DNA from: Chloroflexota bacterium
Lineage (GTDB): Bacteria; Chloroflexota; Limnocylindria; Limnocylindrales; CSP1-4
DNA: 64,000 bases
NCBI GenBank assembly: GCA_021802585.1
Contig: JAJZRQ010000003.1
Location: 2,048-66,047 of the forward strand
Direction: 5' to 3'
The notes beneath the pieces were generated by a model, which did no database searches, had not been told where the DNA came from, and saw only the letters and a program-made list of their open reading frames with translations. Below, piece after piece: positions 26,104 through 35,210 of the stretch. Position 1 is the stretch's first letter. Every line of letters begins with the position of its first letter. Position numbers and translations under genes: made by a program.

Positions 26104-27194
26104 TGCCGTTCATCCGCTCGCTCCGCGCCCGGCTCCTCGTCGCCTTCCTCGTCGTCATCGGGGCGACCCTCGGGACCGTCGCCGTGGCGGCACTCCTCGT
26201 CGGCCCCGGCTACTTCGCCGAGGCGATGGGGCACCTCCCGGGGGACCAGATGGGGCAGGCGATGGCCGACGCGACCCAGGCGGCGTTCGACGACGCGATG
26301 CAGCGCGCCCTCGTCGCGGCGACGGTGATCGCCGTCGTCAGCGCGACCGTCGTGAGCCTCGCCGTCGCGGCCCGGATCGCGCGGCCGGCGGCGACGCTCG
26401 CGGCGGCGGCGCGGCGGGTGGCCGGCGGCCACTATGCCGAGCGCGTGCCGGTCGAGGCGCCCGAGGAGCTCGGCGCGCTCGCCGCGTCGTTCAACGAGAT
26501 GGCGGGCTCGCTCGAGGCGACGGAGCGACGCCGCCTCCAGCTCGTCGGCGACGTGGCCCACGAGCTGCGGACGCCGCTCACGACGCTCGACGGGTACCTG
26601 GAAGGTCTGGAGGACGGCGTCATCGCACCGACCGCCGAGACCTGGCGCCTCCTTCGCGCGGAGACCGGCCGGCTCACCAGGCTCGTGAACGACCTCTCCG
26701 AGCTCTGGCGGGCCGAGGCCCGCCAGTTCGCGCTGCGGATCGAGCCCCTCGACATCGCGGGGCTCGCGCGCGAGGTCGCCGACCGCTTCGCGCCGCTGGC
26801 CGCGCCGCGGTCCGTGCGCCTCGACCTGCGCGGCGGGCCGGCCGTCGCGGTCGCCGACCGCGACCGGGTCGCCCAGGTCCTCGCGAACTACCTCTCGAAC
26901 GCTCTCCGCCACGCCCCCGACGGCTCGGCGATCACGGTGTCCGCGACGACGCGCGACGGGCGGGTCGCGCTCGCCGTCGCCGACGAGGGCCCGGGCCTCT
27001 CCCGCGACCAGCTGGAGGCCGTCTTCGAGCGCTTCTACCGCGCCGACCCCGCCCGGAGCCGCGCCTCCGGCGGGTCCGGGATCGGCCTCGCGATCGTGCG
27101 CGCGCTCGCGGCGGCGATGGGCGGGCGCGCCTGGGCCGAGAGCCCGGGACCCGGCCGCGGCGCGACGTTCGTCCTGGAGCTGCCGGCGGCCTGA
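26103..27194 (+). CDS. Sensor histidine kinase with HAMP domain (TCS-1)
   Basis: Two TM helices flank a Met/His/Asp-containing periplasmic loop. H-box VGDVAHELRTPLTTL, N-box NYLSNALRHAP, G-boxes DEGPGL and GGSGIGLAIV. The ATG overlaps the RR stop. Confidence 0.9.
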   Translation: MPFIRSLRARLLVAFLVVIGATLGTVAVAALLVGPGYFAEAMGHLPGDQMGQAMADATQAAFDDAMQRALVAATVIAVVSATVVSLAVAARIARPAATLAAAARRVAGGHYAERVPVEAPEELGALAASFNEMAGSLEATERRRLQLVGDVAHELRTPLTTLDGYLEGLEDGVIAPTAETWRLLRAETGRLTRLVNDLSELWRAEARQFALRIEPLDIAGLAREVADRFAPLAAPRSVRLDLRGGPAVAVADRDRVAQVLANYLSNALRHAPDGSAITVSATTRDGRVALAVADEGPGLSRDQLEAVFERFYRADPARSRASGGSGIGLAIVRALAAAMGGRAWAESPGPGRGATFVLELPAA

Positions 27195-27254
27195 TGCGGC
27201 GGCTCGAGGCGGCGGCTCGAGGCGGCGGCTCGAGGCGGCGGCCTGAGGCGGCGG
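27195..27254. repeat. 13-bp tandem repeat (3 perfect copies, 1 degenerate copy, then a partial) directly after the kinase stop
   Basis: gcggcggctcgag occurs at 27195, 27208 and 27221, then gcggcggcctgag at 27234, then a partial copy. Confidence 0.8.
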
Positions 27255-27434
27255 GCCCGCGCGGCAGGTCGCGCGGCAGGCAGGACCCGGCCGCGGGACC
27301 GCCGGCGGGCCCGGCGCTTGACCGGATCTTGAGGCGCGCTTGCCCCGCGCCGCATCGGCGCCTGAGGCGGTTCCGTGATCCTCGAGGCGTCGCCGGAGGC
27401 GTCCCCCCGGCGAGCCCGCACCGAGGTGCCGACG

Positions 27435-27665
27435 ATGATGACTGGCTGGACCATGGGCCTCGCGGGCTGGGTCTGGATGGGCATCTGGATCCTCGCCCTG
27501 GTCGTCCTCGTCTGGCTCCTCGTGCGGACCCCCACTCCCCGTTCCGAGCCCGGGGCGCCGATCGACGTGCTCCGGGCCCGGCTCGCCCGCGGGGAGATCA
27601 CCCCCGAGGAGTTCGAGCGGGCCCGCGCCCTGCTCGACGCCGACACCCCGAGGAGCTCCCCGTGA
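27435..27665 (+). CDS. SHOCT-domain small membrane protein
   Basis: MMTGWTMGLAGWVWMGIWILALVVLVWLLV (TM helix) followed by LRARLARGEITPEEFERARALL (SHOCT motif). A paralog lies at 49879-50100, and the start was chosen by alignment to it. Confidence 0.7.
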   Translation: MMTGWTMGLAGWVWMGIWILALVVLVWLLVRTPTPRSEPGAPIDVLRARLARGEITPEEFERARALLDADTPRSSP

Positions 27666-27684
27666 TTCCCTGGGCCACCCGGCC

Positions 27685-28143
27685 ATGACCACGCGTGCCG
27701 CCCGCCGGAGCGCCGACGCGTCCCGGCCCACGACGCTCGCACGCCTCCGGCCGCTCGCCTTCGCCGGCGTCGTCGTCGGCGTCCTCACCGTTGGGGCGTT
27801 CCTCGCCTTCGGCGACTTCCTCAACCGGCCGGCGACCGCGGCGGGGACGATCAGCGTCCAGAGCTCGATGGCCGGCTTCACGCCTGCCGAGATCCGGGTG
27901 AAGGCCGGCTCCACCGTCACCCTCGACTGGTGGACGCAGGACGCGGCGATGCACCTCCAGGGCGGCGTCCACACGATGATCGCGCCCGACCTCGGGCTGC
28001 GGGAGGAGCTCGCGGCGGAGAGCCGGAGGGCGGTCGTGTGGCAGGTCCCGGACAAGCCCGGGACGTACGACGTCTACTGCGACACGTGCTGCGGCGGGAA
28101 GGACAGCCCGACGATGCACGGCACGATCGTCATCGAGGCCTGA
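27685..28143 (+). CDS. Membrane-anchored cupredoxin-fold protein with unusual C-x2-CC-GG...MH motif
   Basis: N-terminal TM anchor. FTPAEIRVKAGSTVTLDW...PGTYDVYCDTCCGGKDSPTMHGTIVIEA follows the cupredoxin strand pattern, but the ligand loop is Cys-rich. A paralog lies at the window's right edge. Confidence 0.7.
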   Translation: MTTRAARRSADASRPTTLARLRPLAFAGVVVGVLTVGAFLAFGDFLNRPATAAGTISVQSSMAGFTPAEIRVKAGSTVTLDWWTQDAAMHLQGGVHTMIAPDLGLREELAAESRRAVVWQVPDKPGTYDVYCDTCCGGKDSPTMHGTIVIEA

Positions 28144-28146
28144 GCG

Positions 28147-29034
28147 GTGGCGACCTCCGCCGCCCCGACCCGGACGACGCCGGCCGCACCCGACGAGGCA
28201 CCTCCGGCGGCCCCGCGCCTCGTCCTCGGCCTGCCCGTCGCGGCGGCGGTGCTCGGGGGCGCCCTCGCGGCCGTCGGCCTCGTCGCCGCCGCGTACGTGG
28301 CGGCCGTCCCGTTCGACACCGCGGCGTTCGGCGGGCTGACCGTCCCGACCGTCCTCGCCTCCGGCGTCGCCGATGGGTTCAACCCCTGCGCATTCGCCCT
28401 CCTCGTCCTGTTCGCGACGTACACCCTCACCCTCGCGAACGCCGTGACGTCGGACGGCCGGCCGACGCTCGAGGCGCGGCGCCGCCTCCTCGGCGCGGGG
28501 TCGCTCTACGTCGGCGCCGTCTGGGTCACGTACTTCATCATCGGGCTCGGCCTCCTGAGCTTCCTCGGCTGGCTCGGGCGCGACCACCTCGTCGCCCGGG
28601 TCGCCTCGATCGTGGCCCTCCTCATGGCGCTGTGGATGCTGAAGGACGTCCTCCTGCCGGGCGTCGGCCCGTCGATGCTGGCCCCCTCGGGGACCCACGG
28701 GCGGATGCAGCGGGCGATGGAGCGCGGCGGCCTCGCCGGGATGCTCGTCGCGGGGGTCCTCGTCGGGATCTGCACGGTCCCCTGCTCGGGCGCGATCTAC
28801 CTCGACATCGTGGCCGTCCTCCACGCCTCCGGCGGCGGCCTCACCGGCCTCGCCCTCCTCGCCCTCTACAACATCGCGTTCATCGTCCCGCTCCTCGTCC
28901 TCCTCCTGGCCGTGAGCGATCGCCGCGTGCTCGGGCAGCTGGGGCGCTGGAACCGGGCGAACTCACCGTGGATCAAGACCGGCCTCGCCCTCGCGGTCAT
29001 CGCGATGAGCTTCGGCCTCATGGTGTCGATGTGA
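28147..29034 (+). CDS. CcdA/DsbD-like transmembrane thiol-disulfide electron-transfer protein
   Basis: Six-TM profile with a Cys in TM1 (GFNPCAFALLVLF) and a CTVPCSGAIY motif in a later helix, as in the DsbD/CcdA superfamily. A paralog lies at 62808-63665. Confidence 0.7.
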   Translation: MATSAAPTRTTPAAPDEAPPAAPRLVLGLPVAAAVLGGALAAVGLVAAAYVAAVPFDTAAFGGLTVPTVLASGVADGFNPCAFALLVLFATYTLTLANAVTSDGRPTLEARRRLLGAGSLYVGAVWVTYFIIGLGLLSFLGWLGRDHLVARVASIVALLMALWMLKDVLLPGVGPSMLAPSGTHGRMQRAMERGGLAGMLVAGVLVGICTVPCSGAIYLDIVAVLHASGGGLTGLALLALYNIAFIVPLLVLLLAVSDRRVLGQLGRWNRANSPWIKTGLALAVIAMSFGLMVSM

Positions 29035-29339
29035 CGCCCGAGCCCCTGCCCGTCGTCGAGACGATCCGCTTCCCCGTCGAGGGCATGACCTGCGTCTCGT
29101 GCGTCAACCGGATCGAGCGCGCCGTGCGGAAGGTCGAGGGCGTCCGCCGGGTCCGCGTCGACCTGGGGCACGAGACGGCGACCGTCAGCCGCGAGCCCGC
29201 CCTGGTGTCGGACGCGGCGCTCGCGGCGGCGGTCGAGGGCGCCGGGTACCGGGCCGACCTCGCGGCCGCGGTCCCCGTGGCGCCCGGCGAAGCGCCCGAC
29301 GGGGCACGCGGCTGGCTGGCGCGGCTCCTCGGGCGCTGA
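29031..29339 (+). CDS. copZ: Heavy-metal-associated (HMA) domain copper chaperone, CopZ-like
   Basis: FPVEGMTCVSCVNRIERAVRKVEGV carries the canonical GMTCxxC motif. The GTG start overlaps the upstream stop (GTGA). Confidence 0.8.
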   Translation: MTPEPLPVVETIRFPVEGMTCVSCVNRIERAVRKVEGVRRVRVDLGHETATVSREPALVSDAALAAAVEGAGYRADLAAAVPVAPGEAPDGARGWLARLLGR

Positions 29340-29355
29340 GCCCCGCGCCTCCGGC

Positions 29356-30789
29356 CTAGCGAATGACGAGCCCCGCAGCCGCGAACGCCGCCACGAACGG
29401 CTCGGCGGCCACGCCCGTCACGACGACGGCCGCCGCCGCCGCGAACGTCGCCGAGGCCGCCGGCCTGCCGAGCACGGCCACCGTCCCGGCGGGCCGGCCG
29501 AAGTACGCCGGTGCCAGCACGCGAACGTAGTAGAAGATCGAGACCACGGTGTTCACGGCGGCGGCGACCGCGAGCCACGCGTAGCCGACCTGGATCGCCA
29601 CGAGGAAGAGGAGCAGCTTCGCGACGAAGCCGTTGAGCGGGGGCACGCCGATGAACGAGAGGAAGCTGATGGCGAGAGCCGCGGTCAGCGCCGGTCGCCG
29701 CTCGCCGATCCCGGCAACGTCGGCGAGGGCCGTGCGACCCCGCAGCTCGACGACGACGCCGAAGGCAGCGAGGTTGCCGAGCACGTAGGCGAGGAGGAAG
29801 AACAGGAGGGCCGGCACCGCGAGGTCGCTGGAGCCGAGGGCCACGACCGCCATGAGGCCGTATCCCGTCTGTGACACGGCCGACCAGCCGAGGAGCCGCC
29901 GCAGGTCGTCCTGCCAGAGGCAGGCGAGGTTGCCGAGCGTCATCGTCGCCGCAGCCAGGACCGCGACGAGCGGCTGCCAGCCGGCTGCGTCCGGCGGCAG
30001 GGCGATGACGAAGCGAGCGAGGAAGATGAAGCCGCCCACCTTCGGAACGGTCGTCACGAAGGCCGCCACCGGCGCGGGGGCGCCCTGGGCGACATCCGGC
30101 ACCCAGGCGTGGGCGGGCACCGCGCCGATCTTGAACGCCAGGCCGACGACCACGAGCCCGACGCCGATGACGAGCGCGAGCCCGCCGTCGGAGGGCAGGC
30201 CGGCGGCGAGGCCGCCGAGCGTCGTCGAGCCGGCCAGCCCGAACAGGAGGGCGACGCCGAAGAGCATCGCCGAGTTCGCCAGGGCGCCGATGAGGTAGTA
30301 CTTGATCGCGGCCTCCGCCGCCTGCGACGAGCGCCGGTGATAGGCCGACAGCACGAACCCGGTGGCGGACGACAGGAGCATCGCGACGACGAGCTCCTTC
30401 AGGTCGGTCGCGCCCGCCAGGAGGATCGCCCCGAGCGAGGAGAAGAGGAGCAGGGTGTAGTACTCCCCGTGGCGTGGATCGCGCCGGAACCACGGCGCCG
30501 ACAGGCCGATCACCGCCACGGTCGCGGCGAGGACGATGATCTTCGCCCAGAGCGCCGTGCGGTCGCGGGCGTACGTGCCGAAGAAGGTCACGAGCTCGGT
30601 GCCCGGCAGCATCGCGAGCGCCACGGTGAGGGCCGCGACGGCCACGAGCATCGCCACGACGGCCGCCCCTCCCTGGAGGCGTCTCGGCGCGAGGAGGGCG
30701 TACAGGAGGACGAGGACGCCACCGGCAACGAGGACGATCTCGGGGAGGACGTCCGTCACCATCGTGGCCATCGTCGCCTGCCCGGTCAT
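29356..30789 (-). CDS. nuoN: Complex-I-like antiporter subunit, NuoN-like
   Basis: EYYTLLLFSSLG, AAIKYYLIGALANSAMLFG, FKIGAVPAHAWVPDV and about 14 TM helices. The ATG at 30789 is preferred over the upstream ATG at 30891, which precedes a non-membrane Arg/Ala-rich leader. Confidence 0.85.
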   Translation of the reverse strand: MTGQATMATMVTDVLPEIVLVAGGVLVLLYALLAPRRLQGGAAVVAMLVAVAALTVALAMLPGTELVTFFGTYARDRTALWAKIIVLAATVAVIGLSAPWFRRDPRHGEYYTLLLFSSLGAILLAGATDLKELVVAMLLSSATGFVLSAYHRRSSQAAEAAIKYYLIGALANSAMLFGVALLFGLAGSTTLGGLAAGLPSDGGLALVIGVGLVVVGLAFKIGAVPAHAWVPDVAQGAPAPVAAFVTTVPKVGGFIFLARFVIALPPDAAGWQPLVAVLAAATMTLGNLACLWQDDLRRLLGWSAVSQTGYGLMAVVALGSSDLAVPALLFFLLAYVLGNLAAFGVVVELRGRTALADVAGIGERRPALTAALAISFLSFIGVPPLNGFVAKLLLFLVAIQVGYAWLAVAAAVNTVVSIFYYVRVLAPAYFGRPAGTVAVLGRPAASATFAAAAAVVVTGVAAEPFVAAFAAAGLVIR

Positions 30790-30862
30790 GTGCCGACCCT
30801 CGCGGCGTCCGCCTGCCGCGCCGGCCGCCGGGGGCGACGAAGGCGCTCGTGCCTGCCCCTCG

Positions 30863-32362
30863 TCATGGTCGACCGACGAACGGGCCGGCAAAGGAATCGA
30901 CGACGCCGAGCAGCCACGCCGGGGCGACGCCGATGAGGACGACGAGGAAGACGAGCAGCCCGAGCCCGGCGGTCTCGACCCGCGTGAGGTCCGGGAAGGA
31001 CCGCCAGCGCTCCGGGAGGGACCCGAGGAAGAGCTTCTGGAGCATCCGCAGGAAGAGCGCGGCCGTGATGACGATGCCCAGCAGGCCCACGCCGGCGAGG
31101 ACGGGGTAGATCGCCAGCGTCCCGACGAACACCTGGATCTCGGCCACGAACCCGGCGAGCCCGGGAAGGCCGAGGCTGGCGAAGGCGAGGACGGCCGTCA
31201 GGCCCGTGAGCGAGCGGGCGCGGGTGAGGAGTCCGCCGTACTCATCCATCTCGTACGTGCCGCCGCGCGCGAGGATGGCACCGCTGACGAGGAACAGGCC
31301 GCCGGTGATGAGGCCGTGGGCGACCATCTCGACCGTCGCCCCCGTCAGGGCGATCGCCCGCGCCGCCTCCTGGCCGGTGACCGCCGCGCCGGCGACGGCA
31401 AGACCGAGGATGACATAGCCCATGTGGTTGACGCTCGTGTACGCGATGGCCCGCTTGAGGTTCGTCTGCGCGAGCGCCACGAGGGCCCCGTAGACGATCG
31501 CGACCACCGCGAGGATGGCGATCGGAAGCGAGAGCTGGGCCCATGTGTCGGGCATCATCGCCATGAGGATCCGCACGAACCCGTACGTCCCCATCTTGAG
31601 GAGGACGCCGGCGAGGATTGCCGACGCCGGCCCGGGCGCGTCGACGTGGGCCGGCGGCAGCCACGTGTGAACGGGGACGAGGGGCGTCTTGATCGCGAAG
31701 CCGATGAAGAAGCCGATGAAGACGAGGATCGCGTACGGGCTCCCGGCGGGCAGCGGCTGCTGGCGGATGATCTGCGCCATGTCGAAGGTCCGCGGCTCGG
31801 TGACGAGGTAGAGGCCGAGGATCGCCAGCAGGAGGGGCAGCGAGCCGGCGAACGTGTAGAGGAAGAACTTGAGCGCCGATCGCTGGGCGTCGCCGTGGCC
31901 CCAGGCCCCGATGAGGAAGTACATCGCGACGAGCGAGACGTCCCAGAAGACGAAGAACAGGAAGAGGTCGAGAGCGAGGAAGAGGCCGATCGAGATCCCC
32001 TCCAGGAACAGCATGAGGGCGAAGTACGGGACGGGCCGGCCGCGGAGGTCGACCGGGAAGGCGATCGCGACGACGAAGACGACCGCGGTCATGGCCGCGA
32101 GTGGAAGCGACAGGCCGTCGACCCCGACGCGATAGCCGATCCCCAGGGTCGGGATCCAGTCCACGGCCTCGACCTGCTCGAACGCTCCCGTGCCCCGGAA
32201 CCCGAGCCAGGAGGCCGCGACCAGGACGAGAGGCAGCGCGCTGATGACCGTCGCGAGCACCTGGACCCGGCGCTCCGCCCCGGGTCCGGCGGTGCGGCCG
32301 CGGGGCAGGATGGCGAACCCGACGGACGCGATGATCGGGACGAAGATGGCGGCGGTCAGCAC
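30863..32362 (-). CDS. nuoM: Complex-I-like antiporter subunit, NuoM-like
   Basis: GVDGLSLPLAAMTAVV, LFLFFVFWDVSLVAMYFLIGAWG, ALKFFLYTFAGSLPLL and KTPLVPVHTWLPPAHV are NuoM/Nqo13 signatures. Confidence 0.9.
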   Translation of the reverse strand: MLTAAIFVPIIASVGFAILPRGRTAGPGAERRVQVLATVISALPLVLVAASWLGFRGTGAFEQVEAVDWIPTLGIGYRVGVDGLSLPLAAMTAVVFVVAIAFPVDLRGRPVPYFALMLFLEGISIGLFLALDLFLFFVFWDVSLVAMYFLIGAWGHGDAQRSALKFFLYTFAGSLPLLLAILGLYLVTEPRTFDMAQIIRQQPLPAGSPYAILVFIGFFIGFAIKTPLVPVHTWLPPAHVDAPGPASAILAGVLLKMGTYGFVRILMAMMPDTWAQLSLPIAILAVVAIVYGALVALAQTNLKRAIAYTSVNHMGYVILGLAVAGAAVTGQEAARAIALTGATVEMVAHGLITGGLFLVSGAILARGGTYEMDEYGGLLTRARSLTGLTAVLAFASLGLPGLAGFVAEIQVFVGTLAIYPVLAGVGLLGIVITAALFLRMLQKLFLGSLPERWRSFPDLTRVETAGLGLLVFLVVLIGVAPAWLLGVVDSFAGPFVGRP

Positions 32363-32416
32363 GATCGGGCTCCCCGATGGTCGGCGTGAATGGCGGACGG
32401 CATCGCCGGCGTGCCT

Positions 32417-34342
32417 TCAGCGAGCTGTGGCCAGGATCGCCACGACGGCCGCCAGTCCGACGGCCATGACGACGAAGTACTCGTGGGACAGCCCCGTCTG
32501 GAGCCTGCGACTCTGGTGCCCGGCCAGGCCGACGCCCTGCCCGATTGCCTCCACGGTGGCGTCGACGCCCGCGTCGTCGGCGATCCGTGAGGCGGCGGCC
32601 GTGGACAGCCAGCCCCGGGCGACGAGCCCGACGGCGCCGTCGATCATCCGCTCCAGGCGTCGCGAGAAGAGGCGTGACACGGTCTCCCCGAGCGCGGCGG
32701 TGCGCCGAACCCCCGCGTCGACCACCCGCTCGTCGAGGAGGCGGAGCAGGCGCGACAGCCTGAGGGAGGGTCGCACGACGAGCGCACCGGTCGCGGCTGG
32801 GAGCCCAAGCCAGTCACCGGCCGCGTCCTGCGCGGCTGGCGCCAGCCCCAGCGTCAGCAGGTGGCTGCGTCGCCGCAGGAGGAACGCGAGCCAGAACGCG
32901 ACGGCGACGAGGAGGAGCGCCGCGGCCGTCTCTCCCGGCGGGCCTGCCGGGGGCAGCGGACCGGCGACCTCCTCAACGAGCGCGGCGGCGCCCGGGAGCC
33001 ACAGGAGGGACAGGCCGACGGTCACCGTCGCCAGCACCGCCATGCTGCCGGTCGCCACCCGGCCGGGAGCGTGGAGGCCCTGCGGCCCGTCCGCCCCGGG
33101 GCCCTCGGCGCGACCGTAGGCGAGGAGCTGGTAGCGGGCGGCGTAGAGGGCGCTGAGGAAGCCGGCGGCGAGGACGGCGGCGCCGAACCACGCGGATGCG
33201 TCGGCGGCGCCGGCGAGGATCTGCTCCTTGGACCAGGCGGCCCCGAGCGGTGGGACGGCGGCCAGGGCGAGCGCGCCGATCCACGACAGCAGCGCGATCC
33301 GCGGCAGCGCGCGTCCCAGCCTCAGGCCCCCGAGCCGGCCCGTCCCGCCGGCGTGGATGGCGACCCCGGCCCCGAGGAACAGGAGGGACTTGAAGGCGGC
33401 GTGGGCCACGAGCTGCGCCGCAGCAGCGGCCGGGAAGCCGGCTCCGACGGCGGCGAACATGAGGCCGTACTGGGCGGATGTCGAGGCCGCCAGCGCCCGC
33501 TTCGCGTGCGTCTGGACCGTCGCGACGATCCCGCCGGCGAGGGCGGTCACGAGGCCGACGACGGCGACGGCCGGCAGGAACCAGCCGACGGGTTCGAGGA
33601 CGGGCGAGAGCCGGATGAGGAGGAAGGCACCGGCAGCGACGAGGGTCGCGGAGTGGAGGAGCGCCGAGACGGGCGTCGGGCCCGCCATCGCCGCGAAGAG
33701 CCAGGGCGAAAATGGCACCTGGGCGGACTTGGCCGCGGCCGCCAGGAGGACACCGGCCGCGATGATGCCGCGAGCCGTGCCGTCCGTGCCTCCCACGGCC
33801 TCGAACGCGAACGACCCGCTGGCGGCGAACGTCGTCCCCGCGGCGAGGTAGAGCCCCAGGTCCCCGAGGCGCGTCGTGAGGAAGGCGGCGGCCGCGGCGC
33901 GGGGGTTGTCCGGGTCGCGCCAGCCGTGGCCGATGAGCGCCCAGGACAGGGCCCCCACGAGCTCCCACGCGACGAGGAGCGTGACGAAGTCGGACGCCGA
34001 GACCAGCAGGAGCATCGCCGCGACGAACGCGAGCATGAGGCCCAGGAGGCGCACGCGCCCCTCGTCCTCCGTGACCGCCGCGTAGGCCACGATCGGCGTC
34101 GCCACGAGCGGGACGAGGACGATCATGACCCTCCCGAAGCCCTCGACGGCGAGCCGCAGCTCGATGAGGCGGCTCCACTGCCAGGCGAACGTGGGCTCCG
34201 TCGTCGCGACCCAGGCGCCGACGCCGATCGTCACGACGAGCGCCAGCACGGCGACCCCGGCGACGGCGCGGGCGTGCGCGCGCAGCACGACGACGAGGAC
34301 GGCACCGAGCGCCGGGACGACGAGGGGCAGCAGGGCGTTCAT
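32417..34342 (-). CDS. nuoL: Complex-I-like antiporter subunit with C-terminal lateral helix, NuoL-like
   Basis: LLVAWELVGALSWALIGHGW, KSAQVPFSPWLFAAMAGPTPVSALLHSATLV, and a long C-terminal amphipathic segment plus a final TM helix, as in NuoL/Nqo12. Confidence 0.9.
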   Translation of the reverse strand: MNALLPLVVPALGAVLVVVLRAHARAVAGVAVLALVVTIGVGAWVATTEPTFAWQWSRLIELRLAVEGFGRVMIVLVPLVATPIVAYAAVTEDEGRVRLLGLMLAFVAAMLLLVSASDFVTLLVAWELVGALSWALIGHGWRDPDNPRAAAAAFLTTRLGDLGLYLAAGTTFAASGSFAFEAVGGTDGTARGIIAAGVLLAAAAKSAQVPFSPWLFAAMAGPTPVSALLHSATLVAAGAFLLIRLSPVLEPVGWFLPAVAVVGLVTALAGGIVATVQTHAKRALAASTSAQYGLMFAAVGAGFPAAAAAQLVAHAAFKSLLFLGAGVAIHAGGTGRLGGLRLGRALPRIALLSWIGALALAAVPPLGAAWSKEQILAGAADASAWFGAAVLAAGFLSALYAARYQLLAYGRAEGPGADGPQGLHAPGRVATGSMAVLATVTVGLSLLWLPGAAALVEEVAGPLPPAGPPGETAAALLLVAVAFWLAFLLRRRSHLLTLGLAPAAQDAAGDWLGLPAATGALVVRPSLRLSRLLRLLDERVVDAGVRRTAALGETVSRLFSRRLERMIDGAVGLVARGWLSTAAASRIADDAGVDATVEAIGQGVGLAGHQSRRLQTGLSHEYFVVMAVGLAAVVAILATAR

Positions 34343-34644
34343 CCCTTGAGCCGCCGCAGCTTCTCGGTGATGTCGGCGCGCCGTACCCGGTAGACACCGG
34401 TGATGAGGGCGAAGCCGAGCGCCATCTCGACCGCCATGACCGTCATGAAGACGACCCCGAGCATCTGGCCCTGCGGGCTCCCGCCCGCGGCCCGGGCCCA
34501 GAGGACCACGAGGGCGAGGATCGCCCCGTTGATGAGCAGCTCGATGCCCATCATGAGCATGACGAACGACTGCTGGCTCAGGGCGCCGTACACCCCGATG
34601 CCGAACAGGGCCGCGGCGACGACGAGGACCGCCTCCGTCGTCAT
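34339..34644 (-). CDS. nuoK: NuoK-like subunit
   Basis: 101 aa, 3 TM helices, with MMGIELLINGAIL and AVEMALGFALI carrying the two conserved Glu. 4-nt overlaps with both neighbours. Confidence 0.85.
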   Translation of the reverse strand: MTTEAVLVVAAALFGIGVYGALSQQSFVMLMMGIELLINGAILALVVLWARAAGGSPQGQMLGVVFMTVMAVEMALGFALITGVYRVRRADITEKLRRLKG

Positions 34645-35210
34645 CGGCCGGGCTCCTCGTCCGGCTGGAGGGACGGCTCGATCGAGTCCTCCTCGGCGAC
34701 GCCGAAGCGACCCTTCCGGCCCGCGATGACGACGGCGCCGATCATCGTCGACAGGAGCGCAACGCCGGCCGACTGGAAGACGAGCATGGAGTCTCCCAGG
34801 AGCTCTGTCCCCAGCTCGGCGGTGGCGGTCGAGGGATCCGGGACGGGTCGCGCCGGGAAGTTTCCGAGGAGCCCGACCGCGGCGAGGGCGACGAAGGCGA
34901 CGATGCCGGCCACCGCGGCGCGGCGGTTCTGGTGGACCATGACCATCGGGTTGAGGCCGGCTGGGTTCATCATGAACATCACCATCACGATGGCCATGAT
35001 CAGCATCTCGCCCGCCATCATGAGGATGAGCACCATCCCCAGGAACTCCGCCCCGAGGAGGACGACGATCCCGCCGACGCCGGCGAACGAGGCGAGGAGG
35101 TAGAAGGCGGCCCGGACCATGGAATCCGTGCGGAAGACGCGGTAGCCCGCGACGATGCTGCCGAGCGCGAACACCCAGAACGTGGCGTCGACGAGCGGCC
35201 CGGCGATCAC
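34641..35210 (-). CDS. nuoJ: NuoJ-like subunit
   Basis: 189 aa. FWVFALGSIVAGYRVFRTDSMVRAAFYLLASFAGVGGIVVLLGAEFLGMVLILMMAGEMLIM resembles the NuoJ N-terminal helices. The GTG start overlaps the nuoH-like stop (GTGA). Confidence 0.75.
   Translation of the reverse strand: MIAGPLVDATFWVFALGSIVAGYRVFRTDSMVRAAFYLLASFAGVGGIVVLLGAEFLGMVLILMMAGEMLIMAIVMVMFMMNPAGLNPMVMVHQNRRAAVAGIVAFVALAAVGLLGNFPARPVPDPSTATAELGTELLGDSMLVFQSAGVALLSTMIGAVVIAGRKGRFGVAEEDSIEPSLQPDEEPGR

Noticed and set aside
22419-27194. 1591-aa ORF on the + strand spanning several genes
   Set aside because: Only the last 363 codons (26103-27194) look like a real protein, the histidine kinase. The upstream ~1200 codons are Arg/Pro/Gly/Ala/Ser-rich shadow of genes in other frames or on the other strand. 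That is typical of stop-codon-poor high-GC DNA.
27195-27254. Possible CRISPR array (also considered for 14169-14250, 50284-50379 and 58698-58830)
   Set aside because: The repeats are contiguous or nearly so (13-, 24- and 51-bp tandem units, or two 36-bp copies), without unique spacers of CRISPR size. No cas genes are present.
30789-30891. Longer NuoN start at 30891 overlapping nuoM
   Set aside because: The extra 34 codons (MPARSSVDHDEGQARAPSSPPAAGAAGGRREGRH) are not membrane-like and would overlap nuoM by 29 nt. The ATG at 30789 gives the expected N-terminus.
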